Source: Takakia lepidozioides
Lineage: Eukaryota; Plantae; Bryophyta
Assembly: GCA_030704615.1 (NCBI GenBank)
Contig: CM060731.1
Location: 84,754,001 to 84,818,000 of the forward strand
Length of the DNA: 64,000 bases
Reading direction: 5' to 3'
The notes beneath the pieces are model-generated. The model worked only from the letters and a program-made list of their open reading frames with translations. It ran no database searches and had not been told where the DNA came from. This document shows, piece by piece, positions 1 through 11,065 of this stretch; the first letter of the stretch is position 1; the number at the start of each line of letters is the position of its first letter. The position numbers and the translations under genes are program-made.

Positions 1-2622
1 CCTCGAAGCTGTTCGTACCAACAATTCATCCATGTCCGGCCCAAAGCCCCATTGTTTCCCGCTCAGGAACTTGTAGTACGTGGCTTGCTGCATGATTGCT
101 CTGTCGATGTCCTCCATTGTGGCCGTCACTACGTCCACCAGATGTGCAGCAGAAGACACTCGCCAGGAGGAGTGCACTGATTCTGCCATATTCGTGTTCG
201 GCATGTCCGTGTCGGAATCCAAGCACTGCTCCTACAAGGACACAAACAATGGTGAGGAACCAATGGAAAGGTCCGTAATAGAAAGACAATTGCACGAAAA
301 TGACAGCATCATACCTCCCGCATGTACTGTCTGAACTGTCGATACCGGAAATGCCACCACCCCAACCAGCTGTGCAAGGCTCCCAGATTGGTTGTCTTCA
401 CTGCACCTGACGTGTTCCACCAAGCCTCGATGATAGCAAACTTTACCTCCGCGTCATCAAATGTGGGTGCATCCTTCCACGCCGTACAAAGGACACGGTG
501 TTCAGCCTGGAATGAGCTAGCAACAAATTTGGTAGTGTAGTGAGATAGACTCTGCATCCAATGGAATCCACAAGATCTCTCTTTCCCCTCCATTGGAACA
601 TTGGGGTCCTCACCGTACACACGCCGCACCGCTGCCCAGTTGGCCTGAGCGTTGTCTGTCATGAATCCCCTGAAATTGGGCTCTGGCAATCCCGCCCTTG
701 CCATCTGCTCGTTTATGCCCTCCCACAGATGCATCTCCGACTGTGTGTCCTCCCCTTTCATCTCGCAAATTGCAATCGTCATGAGCCTCTTGGAGTGATA
801 GTCATAAACATGCGCACCCATAGTCACCCACTGATGGTTTGTAATTCGCTTGATGTGATCAAACATCACCCAAGCATTCGACAAGTTTCCAGTTGTCATG
901 CGAGTGACCAAGTCGACTCCACTCCCAGGCCTACACGTCGACATTTTAAAAATGTAACAACGATCGGATTCGCTGCCTTGCCCTGGAAACCTGCTACCTT
1001 GGATGTAGTCATATCCAGTCATTCGTTTCACCTCCAGGATTGAGTGCATGTCCGACCCCCGCCCGAACTCCTGCTTGTAAGATACGATGTGATTCCACAC
1101 ATTCGGACTACAAATGTGCGAGACGGACTCCAACAGGTCAAGCATCTCCTCTTCGTTCAAGGGCACCGGTCTGAACCATCTTCAGACATGATTTTGCCAA
1201 GAGCAATCTTGTGGGCTGCCTTCAGCTGAATCTGCTTTGGTCTGGCTCCGGGGCTCAATTTCACCTCCTCTTTTATGATGTCGTGTGCTTCCTGCACAGC
1301 CTCACGCATGTTGCCTCTCGCCAAGGGCTGGCAGTGGACCCCAACGTGTATGCAAGCTCTAGTCAAGTCCGGGAGCAAATGGATAACGTAATATTGCTTG
1401 GCTCTGCACATGCACATGCACGTCGGTGGTTCTTTGCAATGTGCGCACTTGATAGTACCCGCAGGAGCTTGGCTGGAGACAATGAATGGATGATGCGTTG
1501 TGCCAGTCCAATCCGTCTCGTTTCTCCGCCCTCCTTTGGAAGAAAGTGGAAGCAGGCGGGATTGAGGCACCTCAGCTTCCCCGCACAGAGGACGTATCGT
1601 ACACGAACACCATCAGCAATTTTCGTGCTACTGGTCTTCGTCACTCACCAGGGGTGTCCGTCATGCTTTCGATCCATGTCTGTTAACATCCCTGAGGCTT
1701 TGTTTGACGAAGTAACAGGTGGAAACTCGAAGATGACATTGCCATCGACTTCGGGAGGCAGATACGTTACCTTCCTGACCGGAAATTTGGCATAGTCGAG
1801 AGCAGCCAGCTCGGAGCGAGAACCATCGAGGTGATGTTGCCGTAGGAGCTGCACAATGGACCGGGTTGGAGTTATGCTCGAGGGTACATGCGTAGCACCT
1901 GCAGAGACGTCCATGTCGGATTTGAACGACCGTGTGGAGGACATGGGGACCTCAATGCACTCATCTTTCTCGTCGAAAATGTTGAATACGTCCACACGAG
2001 AAGCTATGGAGGGTCTTGACGGTCCAAGTCGGGAATGATTATCGTTGCATACCTCTCTGTTGGCAGTGGCCGCCTATCGGTTTCCGGACTCCTTTGTGGA
2101 TGGTGTGGGAAGCGACTGATTCGGAAAGGGAATGGGCATTCCCACAGCTCGGTACAGGATGGTGTCTGATGGGGGTACGTGCCATTCGATTCCGCAACCT
2201 CCGTCGTTACCTAGCACGACAATGGTCTCGTCAACCTGTCCAGGAACATCTTTCCTTTCTTCTTCCAAATAAATTGTGCCCGGTTTGAGCTTGAATTTGG
2301 AACAAAGATAAGTTTCAGTCACTCTGCAAAGTCCTCCCTCGTTTGGGATCCAGGCTCTCCCAAGTTGCGGAGGACAGCAAACTATAGCGTAGGAATTTGG
2401 AGCCATCCAAGACCGCACAAAGTTGGCAAGTGCGAGATTCAGTATAGTGACAGACCAAGGCTCACAGGCACCATGTAAGTGGATTTGCGGAGTCCATCGA
2501 CGATTGGAAGTCGCACATTGAAGTGGAAAGTATTGTTTCAAGCTACATGCATGAAGGTGGGAGGTGTGATTCCATAGCCAGTAAGTATGACAATGATGGC
2601 CGATTCGGCGATGAAATAACAT
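1..2622 (-). pseudogene. MULE/Mutator-like DDE transposase with N-terminal WRKY/GCM1-like Zn finger; disrupted; continues off the left edge
   Basis: ORFs 2074-2622, 1645-1995 and 1363-1644 share one frame (stops at 2074-2076 and 1645-1647), with frameshifts near 1540 and 1165 into 1157-1570 and 309-1166. Motifs: DGHPW..CAGKLRCLNPAC..CAHC..C..HVGVHCQP; D1 VMFDH; D2 FMTDNAQA; CxxH CGFHW. After a phase-0 GT-AG intron (314-232) comes PNTNMAESVHS, the MULE TxNxxESxH catalytic Glu. True start uncertain. Confidence 0.85.
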
Positions 2623-2799
2623 CTCCTGACAGTTTCTCCTGAGGGTGGATCCAGCAGTATTCTCGGTGTAGACATGAACGTTCGCACTGACAAGTGTCAG
2701 GACTGTTAGTTAAAACGGTCAGACAACCAAGTTGTGCTCATCAAGACAGGCCGCAATTGTGTTGTTTCGGAACAATGCAACCCATTCAGGTTCCGCATG

Positions 2800-4340
2800 C
2801 AGAAATGAGGTTCCGCATTTCCGTCCGGAGTGATACTTTCGATTGCTGTTGGACGGAAATACGGCGCCGCATTTCCGTTTTGCATCTTAGTCATGCACCA
2901 GAGCGACGAAAATGCGGCACCGAGTTTCCGTCCGGGGGAAACCTTTATACTCTCCAGAACGGAATGCGATAACGCATTTCCATCCAACAAGCACGGTATG
3001 TGAAGCTGGAACGGAAATGCGGTACTGCATTTCCGTTCTGATTGAGAATCATGAACCACGGGAACTGAAATGCGGCACCGCATTTCCGTCCGAGTCGCAC
3101 CTTCCGACATACCAGAACGGAAATACGGCGCCGCATTTCCGTTTTGTATCTGACGCATGGAGCTGAGGGATAGAAATGCTGCACCGCATTTCCGTCCGGG
3201 TGAGACCTTCATACACTCCAGAACGGAAATGCGGTACCGCACTTCCGTTCGGACTGAAAATCGTGAACCATCGGAACTGAAATGCGGCACCGCATTTCCG
3301 TCCGAGTCGCACCATCCGACATTCCAGAACGGAAATGCGGCGCCGCATTTCCGTTTTGTATCTGAGGCATGGAGCCGGGTGACGGAAATGCTGCAGCGCA
3401 TTTCCGACTGGTTAAGACCTTCATACTCTCCAGAACGGAAATGCGGTACCGCATTCCCATTCTGATTCAGAATTATGAACAACGGGAACTGAAATGCGGC
3501 ACCCCATTTCCATCCGAGTCGCACCTCCCGACATACCAGAATGGAAATGCGGCGCCGCATTTCCGTTTTCTATCTCAGGCATGGAGCGGAGGGACGAAAA
3601 GTTTGCATTGCATTTCCGTCCGTTTGAGACCTTCATACTCTCCAGAACGGAAATGCGGTACCGCATTTCCGTTCTGACTGAAAATCGTGAACCATCGGAA
3701 CTGAAATGCGGCACCGCATTTTCGTCCGAGTTGCACCTTCCGACATTCTAGGACTGAAATGCGGCGCCGCATTTCCGTTTTGTATATGAGGCCTGGAGCT
3801 GTGGGACAGAAATGCGTTGCCGCATTTACATCCATGTGAGACCTTCAAACTTTCCCGACCGGAAATGCGGCACCGCATTTCCGTTCAGGTGAGACCTTTA
3901 TACTTTCCCAAACGGAAATGTGGCACGGCATTTCCGTTCATCAACTAAGGTATGTGAAGGTGGAACGGAAATGCGGTACCGCATTTCCGTTCAGATTGAA
4001 AATCTTGAACCACGGGAACCGAAATGTTGTGCATTTCCGTCCGAATCGCACCTTTCGACATTCCAGAACGGAAATGCGGCGCCGCATTTCCCTTTTGTAT
4101 CTCAGGCATGGAGCTGTGGGACGGAAATGCGGCACCGTATTTCCGTTCAACAACTAAGGTATATGAAGGTGGAACGGAAATGCGGTGCCGCATTTTCTTC
4201 CAACAAGTACGGATGTGTAGCTTCGTGATGGTACTTAACGGAAATGCGGCGCCGCATTTGCATTTTCACTCCAACTCATCAGACGCTGGGACAGAAATGC
4301 CTTGAAATGTGAACACGTGGAGCAACGGAATTGCGGCACA
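2800..4340. repeat. Tandem array of ~28 palindromes CGGAAATGCGG-NN-CCGCATTTCCG, 53-bp period, 212-bp higher-order repeat
   Basis: Cores start at 3012, 3065, 3118, 3171, 3224, 3277, 3330 ... 3966 (exactly +53). About five recurring ~29-nt spacer types cycle A-B-C-D. Perfect 34-bp palindrome at 3643-3676. Confidence 0.97.
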
Positions 4341-4794
4341 TGTCTGCACTCTATCTGACTGAAGTGGCATGAGGCGGCGCGGCCTGACCGTTGGATAATG
4401 ATGTTTGTTTTTCGGACGGCAGTTGTACCCTGAACGATTCGAATTTTATAATGATGCAAAGTCCACGAGGAGACTCTTTCGTCCAACCCTTTCGAACCCA
4501 AGTGGTGCATCACCACCGTTTCATCTTCTTTTGTCGTGTCTCCTCAGTCGCCCCTCTCGCGCCCTTTCCATCTGCACTCTTCGCCCCTTTTCCCTGTCTT
4601 TGTTCTCTTATGCTCGAAGCTGAGAGGGAGGGAGTGCGTGCACCAGAGAAGAGACATCGTCGCAAGCTCCAAAAATTCAAGCAACCTAGCCACCTGTGAG
4701 AGCTCCGTGCTATCGGGATTCGCCAGCTGATCGAGCACCGAAACCCGCCTCATTTTTCTTCTGCAATTCTTAGACTGTATGCTAGGAGACTTGA

Positions 4795-7700
4795 ATGCAG
4801 AAGATGTTTGCATGCCTAACCGGAAAGGTGGACGTGCTGGAGGGATCGCAGGAATCCGAAGAGCCGCAGGCAGAGTCCGTGGAGCTAGCTGCAGCACGCA
4901 CACCCAACCGATCCACGAGCACGAGTCTTCCTGTCGGGCCTAGCCCTGTGCGTTTCAAGGACGCGGCTTCGAAGGGCAAGTCTTTGCAGTTCAAAGCCCC
5001 AGAGAGCGACTCGCGTTTGAAGGTCATGGAGAATCGTCAGCAGGGGTCTAGCCCTTCTCCAGCAAAGACGAAGAAGAAGCAGCCCGTCCTTCAACTTGTT
5101 TCTGAACCGGACCAGGCCGTTTCCCCCCCACCTAGGCGAATGAAGCAGATTCAATTGCAGCACACACCTTCACCTGCAAGAATGAGGAAGCACAAGGCAA
5201 TCAGAGGGAGGGCGGGGCAGTCTCCCGCAAAACCGATTCCACGAGCTGAAGCCCAGTTCCTACTTGATTTCCAGCCTGGTGATGTTGGGGGCGTCTCTGC
5301 TGCAACAAGGGCAATGGGATCGACCGATTTCGTCGATGTGGTACCGGAGGAGGGTGTTGCCTCTCAACGTTCGCAGCAAGACCTGACCACCATTGAGGAA
5401 GATCTTCATAATACTGAAGGCCCGGAGGAGGCCTCTGCAATTGCAGAATTGCCCGCAAAGATTCCCCAGAGTGCAGCTCCAGTTGGGGATGCTCCAGCTG
5501 CTCAGCCCCTACCGCCACCAGCACAAATGTCTCCGGAGGAATTCCAAAGTGCAGCGGATACAATATTGGAGGAGACACATAGTAGCATTGGCAGAGTTCT
5601 GGGCAGTAGGGTATTCCAGCGGACTCTTCGAATCCCACTCTGTCGCATGGTCTCCTTTCCCATCGTCAGGCAGACACTTCCCGGAGATGTGGATAAGCTC
5701 AAGTTCGCATTTCGAGAAGGGTACCGTCTAGGTTCGCCAGCCTTCTACGTTTCCCTTGAGAATGAGGACGGCGAATCTCGTGGACCCACTGCGGATGAAT
5801 TGTCAACATGGGATACCCACTGGCACACTCGCAACGACGAATTCGAGGCAACACTGAAGGGTGATCCAGACTTCGGCCATATGTCGGGTAAAATGTTCTT
5901 TGTGTGGGACGGGAATCACCGACTTCTTGCCTGGTGGGAGTACATCAAGCAGAACCATGCCAAGCACATTGGCTTGCATTACATGGTGGAGTGTGTCATC
6001 CTCAAGGTGAAGGCGGCAGACTCCTCCCTGCTCAAGAATGCCATGGCGGACCTCAACTCGTAAGATACTCATACCCTCCCAAGCACGTTCAAAATGCAGT
6101 GCGCATTTCGGTTTCCAATCTGTTTTGTTTCCGTGCTTTCGTGGACTGAACTGGAGAGTGTGCCTTGCAGGGTCATTGAAAATGCGTACGTGCATACCCA
6201 CATGGCACATATGCTGTACAGGGTGAGGAAAACTGGTCTCACTGATCTGCACATGTTTGCAGAAATGTTGGAGCCCGAGCTCATTCAGAAAGCCGTGGCA
6301 AAAACTGACCGGACATGGTATCGTCTCACTATGGATGGAATGGTGGAGGTGATATACGAAGTAAGTCGTCCTCCCATTTCCCTCTGCTCATCCTTCCCCA
6401 ATTTCCAGTAATCTTTCCACATGAATCAAATGTAACGCTTCTGCAGTTTTTGTTGGCAGTCAAACATCAAGCTGGATTTGGCCCATGCCAAACGCTTCTT
6501 CATGGAAAGTGAGGGGCAGGTCAAAACATTGCAGTCATTGACTGAGCACTTGAAGGAAGCCGGGGTCAAGTCCAGAACGAAATACAAGTCAAAGCTTGTG
6601 AAGCTGGTGGCCATTGTAGATCCGGCACTTGGAAAGGACTTCATCCCCGAGATTGCAAAACACTATTCTCGGGCCATGCAGCCGACCATGCAGTTGGAGA
6701 AACTACATCACCTCTCAACGGCATGTGTTGAAGCGAAAGAAAAGGTGATGTTTCAATGCACTGAAGTTCCTTCCTAGCAATAGCCACTCTTCTTCCTGCT
6801 CCTGACATTGGATCGGAAATGGCAGACACGGCGGCTGTCGATCTGGAATGCATCGGAGAATATAAGGACAATGTGGTCTTTTCCACTCGAAGTTTCCGAC
6901 CCTGCAGTGGATGTGTGGCTCAACCGCATGACTTGGTGGTTCCATGTAATTCAAGGTACTTCCCCAGATTTGCTTTTCTGAAATGAATTCCCTGAACTGC
7001 TACGTGACAATGCATGTGGGAATCGCAGGTAATGACGAATGCGAAAGAGCAAGTCGTAATGCATACAAATTTGTTCGGCTTGTACGTCAAATGGGATGGA
7101 ACACAAACATTGGAAGACTACGTGACACGTTTCAGATGTGCGTACAAGGACAACCTCTTCGTCAGGGAGCTGCAGACAGCAAGAAGGAGCGTGGAGTTTA
7201 CACATCAGGAGGGAGTGGGAAAAGCTGCAATGCGAATTGTTTACAGGTGAAGCCCAGCTGTCCTTGTATGCAAAGCCTGGTTATGAGGTTTGTCTGGGAA
7301 ATGCGGCACCGCATTCGCATTTTAAAGTTTTCGGTTGCACTCTGCGAGTACGTTGGTCTCAACTTTTGCTTACGCATGCTGACTGCCCTGCAGGTATATG
7401 AAATACGTGCTTCTTCAGACAGGGGCCCTGGCTCAAGAGCCCCCGTTCTCCATAGCTTGGACCGTGGCGGGCCCAAGCTGTGTCTACACACCCGAGATGC
7501 AGAAACAATGGCATGCCGCGCATCTGGTTGGATGCCCGTGGTACCTGGACATGTCTGGTGGAATTATTGACGAGTCTCAGAAAGATCTGCACGCGAAAGC
7601 AGAAGAGAAGAGAAAGGAAAGACGTGTCCCTGCTTGGCCAGAGTCGGCAAAGGAAGCTGCTGCTCTGGAACAATCCAGAAAGGCAGCTGAGATGGCACAG

Positions 7701-8867
7701 AAGACGGTGGATGCAGCTGTGCAGGCTCAACAGAAGGGGTCCAAGAAGCGGACTCGCCAGCAAGGAGCAGCAGTTGTGACACCCAAGAAAACAAAGAAGC
7801 AGAAACAGATAGTGCAGGTAGAGGGTGAGGAAGAGGACTCCGATGGAGACTTTGCAACCAGCCCACCCCCTGAGACGCAGCCAAAATCCCCCGTGCCCAC
7901 CGTTGTCACGAGAGGGACGAGAACTGGCTCGGCAAAGAAGGCACTCTTCAACCCCCCGGGGGGGCACCCTTTCGAGCCGGTGGAAATGAAGAGGCCGAAA
8001 GTGGATCCCGATACAGTAGTCCAGTGTGTGAATGAGAGTTTCTTGGCGGCTTTGGATGGACGGGTAGCCAAGTTGGCATACATGAAGACCATGGAGGGTC
8101 TGAAGGGCAGAGCACTGAAGAAGGCGGCTGCCAAAGAGCCTTCCGACACCCCTGGGTTTCTGAAGATGGTCTCGTTCTTTGAGAGGGTGTGTGCAGACAA
8201 GGATTGCAGGAGGGGCGGAAATGTCACCGAGTGGTCTTGCGATATGATCATCTTGGATATTCCGGACGGAGAGCCTGTCGAAGGACTGCAAGCTTTGCCA
8301 TCTTGGAACAGGTACTCCGAGGACTTTTGGAAGAAAGGATTCGGGCTCGCCCGCATGGTGTTGGATGACAAAGGCTGTGTGGTTGTCCTGGCGAGCAGAG
8401 GCAAAAACACGCAGACAGGAATTGCGAAGTGGACCCGCAAGAGCGCCGTGCCAATTCTGAAAAAGAAGTGGACGTGCATCAACACATTGGGCCTTCGGTC
8501 GGAAGGGAAGAAGGTAATTACGACATTGCCACTCGTCCTTTCATTTTCTTAGGAGTTTTGAAATGCGGTGCCGCATTCGATTTCTAATCGTTCCCCACTG
8601 TGTATGCAGACGAAGCAGTTCGATGCATACTGCTTTGTGAAGGAGAACTCCACCTTTGCTTTCCGGAAGGAGGGATTGTTGGTTGACCCGAACTGCGACC
8701 CCATCGATTACGACGTCCTGTTCAACAACGTTCCCACGGAACTTCTCCCTCATAGCCTCACTTCAACTGAACCCCTGCGGTATTCACGGACTCGAAGCCC
8801 TGCCTTCATTCAGACAATTATGAAGACATGCACTGACGTAGAGGGCACAGTGCCCGATGACTCATGA
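4795..8867 (+). CDS. 7-exon gene (~1151 aa): disordered N-terminus, ParB/Srx-like domain, helical middle, C-terminal beta-class N4C/N6A DNA-methyltransferase-like domain lacking the SAM-binding motif
   Basis: Exons 4795-6059, 6171-6360, 6460-6744, 6826-6945, 7029-7246, 7394-8513 and 8610-8867 join via GT-AG introns with compatible phases and no internal stop. ParB-like IPLCRM..VRQ..DVDKLKFAFREGY..FFVWDGNHRLLAW..LNSVIEN. MTase-like CDMIILDIPDG..W..ARMVLDDKGCVVVL..W..YCFVK..RSPAFIQTIMKTCTDVEGTV. Confidence 0.75.
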
Positions 8868-9299
8868 GCTAGTTCTCAGAGCAGTCGAAGTCCCATTGAC
8901 AACGTGACTTGTATTCAGAAGGCACAGGGCTAAGGATTTGTTTGCACAATCAGCACAGTAAACGTGCTTCAAATGCAATTCATGTGGATCAATAAAAACC
9001 CCATTGTGCCCTCTTTTTGTTCTATTCTGTATCCATCGTTCCCAGAATGCATCATTCCTCATTTCGTTTGGGATTGGGAGTGTGGGTGGATTTTGCAAGT
9101 GGCTGGTAGGCTGAAATGGGCCCCTATTGTACATAGCAGTACCACCCTACCATTCGCGAAACATTGCCTTTCAATATGTAATTCTAAAAAACATTGCCGA
9201 ACCTCCTTCATCGGGAGGTCCTTCTCCCCCTATGACCGTCCTAAACCCTATTCCCGCGGACACTCATTTCCGGAAAATAGTTTTGCTCATGTTTTTTTC

Positions 9300-9791
9300 G
9301 ACACTTACGACTCTGCTCATGGCTCATGGCTCATGAAATAACAGCCCCCCCCCGGACTGCGACGTGTCATTTTCAGATGAGGACAGGTGTAGGGACGTAC
9401 GCATGCCACAATGAGCCACGTGTTGACATTGAGCAATACCACGTGTTGGAATCTAACAACTTTTCGAGTGTCATGGATCTGACTGTGGATGCGTTCGTAC
9501 CCAGACACGTGGCGCTCTCTGTATGATTTTATGTAGGAATGAGAAACTACCTTGGTCATGTGCATGACCATTTTTCAAATTTTCGGTGGTCGTGGATCTG
9601 ACTCAAGGCTCCTTGAGTGGCTACGTGGCGCATAGTATATGGTGTGAATTTGAAATTTGAAAGGTATTTGAGTCATGAGCATGACCTCATTGGTTTGAGG
9701 TCATGAACATGACTGGACACGTGTAACGCTTTGCATGGCTGTTACAACTAGTTGAGTCATGGGCATGACCCATCCTACTCCACATGTAGTA
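9300..9791. mobile_element. DNA-transposon terminus with GTCATG/CATGAC subterminal palindromes and a degenerate CACTA-like end
   Basis: Repeated ggtcatgtgcatgacc, gagtcatgagcatgacc, ggtcatgaacatgact and gagtcatgggcatgacc motifs, ending ..ccacatgTAGTa at an abrupt switch to AT-rich DNA. Confidence 0.5.
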
Positions 9792-10534
9792 TTATAACTA
9801 GATCGAATTTTTAATATTTACTTTAATAGTGTTTTTTTTAAATAATAATTTAAATAAATTTTCAAAGAACAGTGGACAGTGGAATAATTTGTATTGTTTG
9901 TTATTGATGGAAAATATGATAGGAAGACACCGTGTTTAAAGTCTGTGCGCAGTGCTGAAGGATCAACACCTTACTGTTTGAAAGAATCTAATCTCTCAAC
10001 GGTAGCCCAACTACCCACTGCACATATATGGATCCAAAAAAGTGACAGACCGAGCACCTTCCTCCTCGCTGATTGTCAATAACATGCCTCCTTCTGCCCC
10101 AAGACCTTCTGCCTCCTTCCTTACAAGAGATCAAGATCGCATGACCTGCACAGGAATGCACACATTTATAAGCAGATCAACAACAAGCCGAATGGGTGGC
10201 AAGTCAATTTCATAGCTCCCGTGAAATATGTTTATGGGCTCTGAGGACACCACAAACTATAGTCAGTGAAACAAGCACAACCTCAAGACTGGTTCCCCGT
10301 TTATTACATACCAACACAATCACCAACAGTACATGCATCTTCCTCATTAGGAATCAACATGAGACCTGGTACCACTCATTTCTGGGGCTCTTGTTATTTG
10401 TAGATAGATAGGTTCATCAAATATATGGTTCAAAAACTAAGGCACGTTAGTTATCTTACATGCATAGTGCCCTTTAAGAATACCTTGACAAAACCAGTCT
10501 TTAAACCACGGATCAAAGTAAAGGGTCTCATTAC

Positions 10535-10612
10535 CTGAGCTATAAGAATAGATATGAATGGGACGATTATACATCTCCGCCATTGCTTGAATTCCAGGTT
10601 GTTCCCATAGAC
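10535..10612 (-). pseudogene. Isolated exon of an OTU-domain deubiquitinase (OTU6/OTUD5-like)
   Basis: VYGNNLE/IQAMAEMYNRPIHIYSYS with a 1-nt frameshift and AG/GT borders; neighbouring exons not recognised. Confidence 0.7.
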
Positions 10613-10914
10613 CTTCAAACAGTTGCATACACAACTAACTCAATACCAACATGTGCTCCAAAAGAGAGAGACAGAAAAATCAAATCATAAATCCATTACA
10701 AAGAGCCGCGGGCTTTGACATCACATGCAGATTTTCCCAATACATTCTCCATACTGAACTAGCATATATTTCTCAAAGTTAAAAAATATCAGATTTGGTA
10801 GCTGGTCTCAACATCATTCCAATATTGACTCGCCAGTGGAGATCTTCATATAAACAACCCATGCAACCCATGATCACAGCAAATGGACACGAGTACGATG
10901 GTGACTGGATAGAA

Positions 10915-11065
10915 GAACATCCCCCATCCCACGCATCCCACGCCCCTGCTGTGCATACCCTGCAAGCATCGCACTCCATGACACCACATCTCGTTCAGCC
11001 ATAGTATTGAATAGTACTCCCTGTGCATCCTCGATCCGACCCCATTTGGCATACCATGTCCACCA
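10915..11065 (-). pseudogene. PLS-class PPR fragment
   Basis: Frameshifted ..DAQGV..FNTMAERDVVSWSAMLAGYAQQG, similar to 16960-17730. Confidence 0.75.

Noticed and set aside
2694-4305. Many overlapping ORFs (MRRRISV/NGNAAPHFR/RKCGAAF) on both strands
   Set aside because: Translation artefacts of the palindromic array.
2800-4340. CRISPR array (palindromic repeat plus ~29-nt spacers)
   Set aside because: Spacers recur cyclically as ~5 types, the context is eukaryotic, and no cas genes are present.
6983-7570. 195-aa ORF as a separate gene
   Set aside because: Overlaps exon 5/intron 5 in another frame; the spliced model explains the region with compatible phases.
7359-8485. Long minus-strand ORFs (310 and 252 aa)
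   Set aside because: Antisense shadows of exon 6 of the ParB-MTase gene.
4795-8867. Bacterial contamination or prophage
   Set aside because: Six canonical spliceosomal introns, and contiguity with plant genes and TEs.
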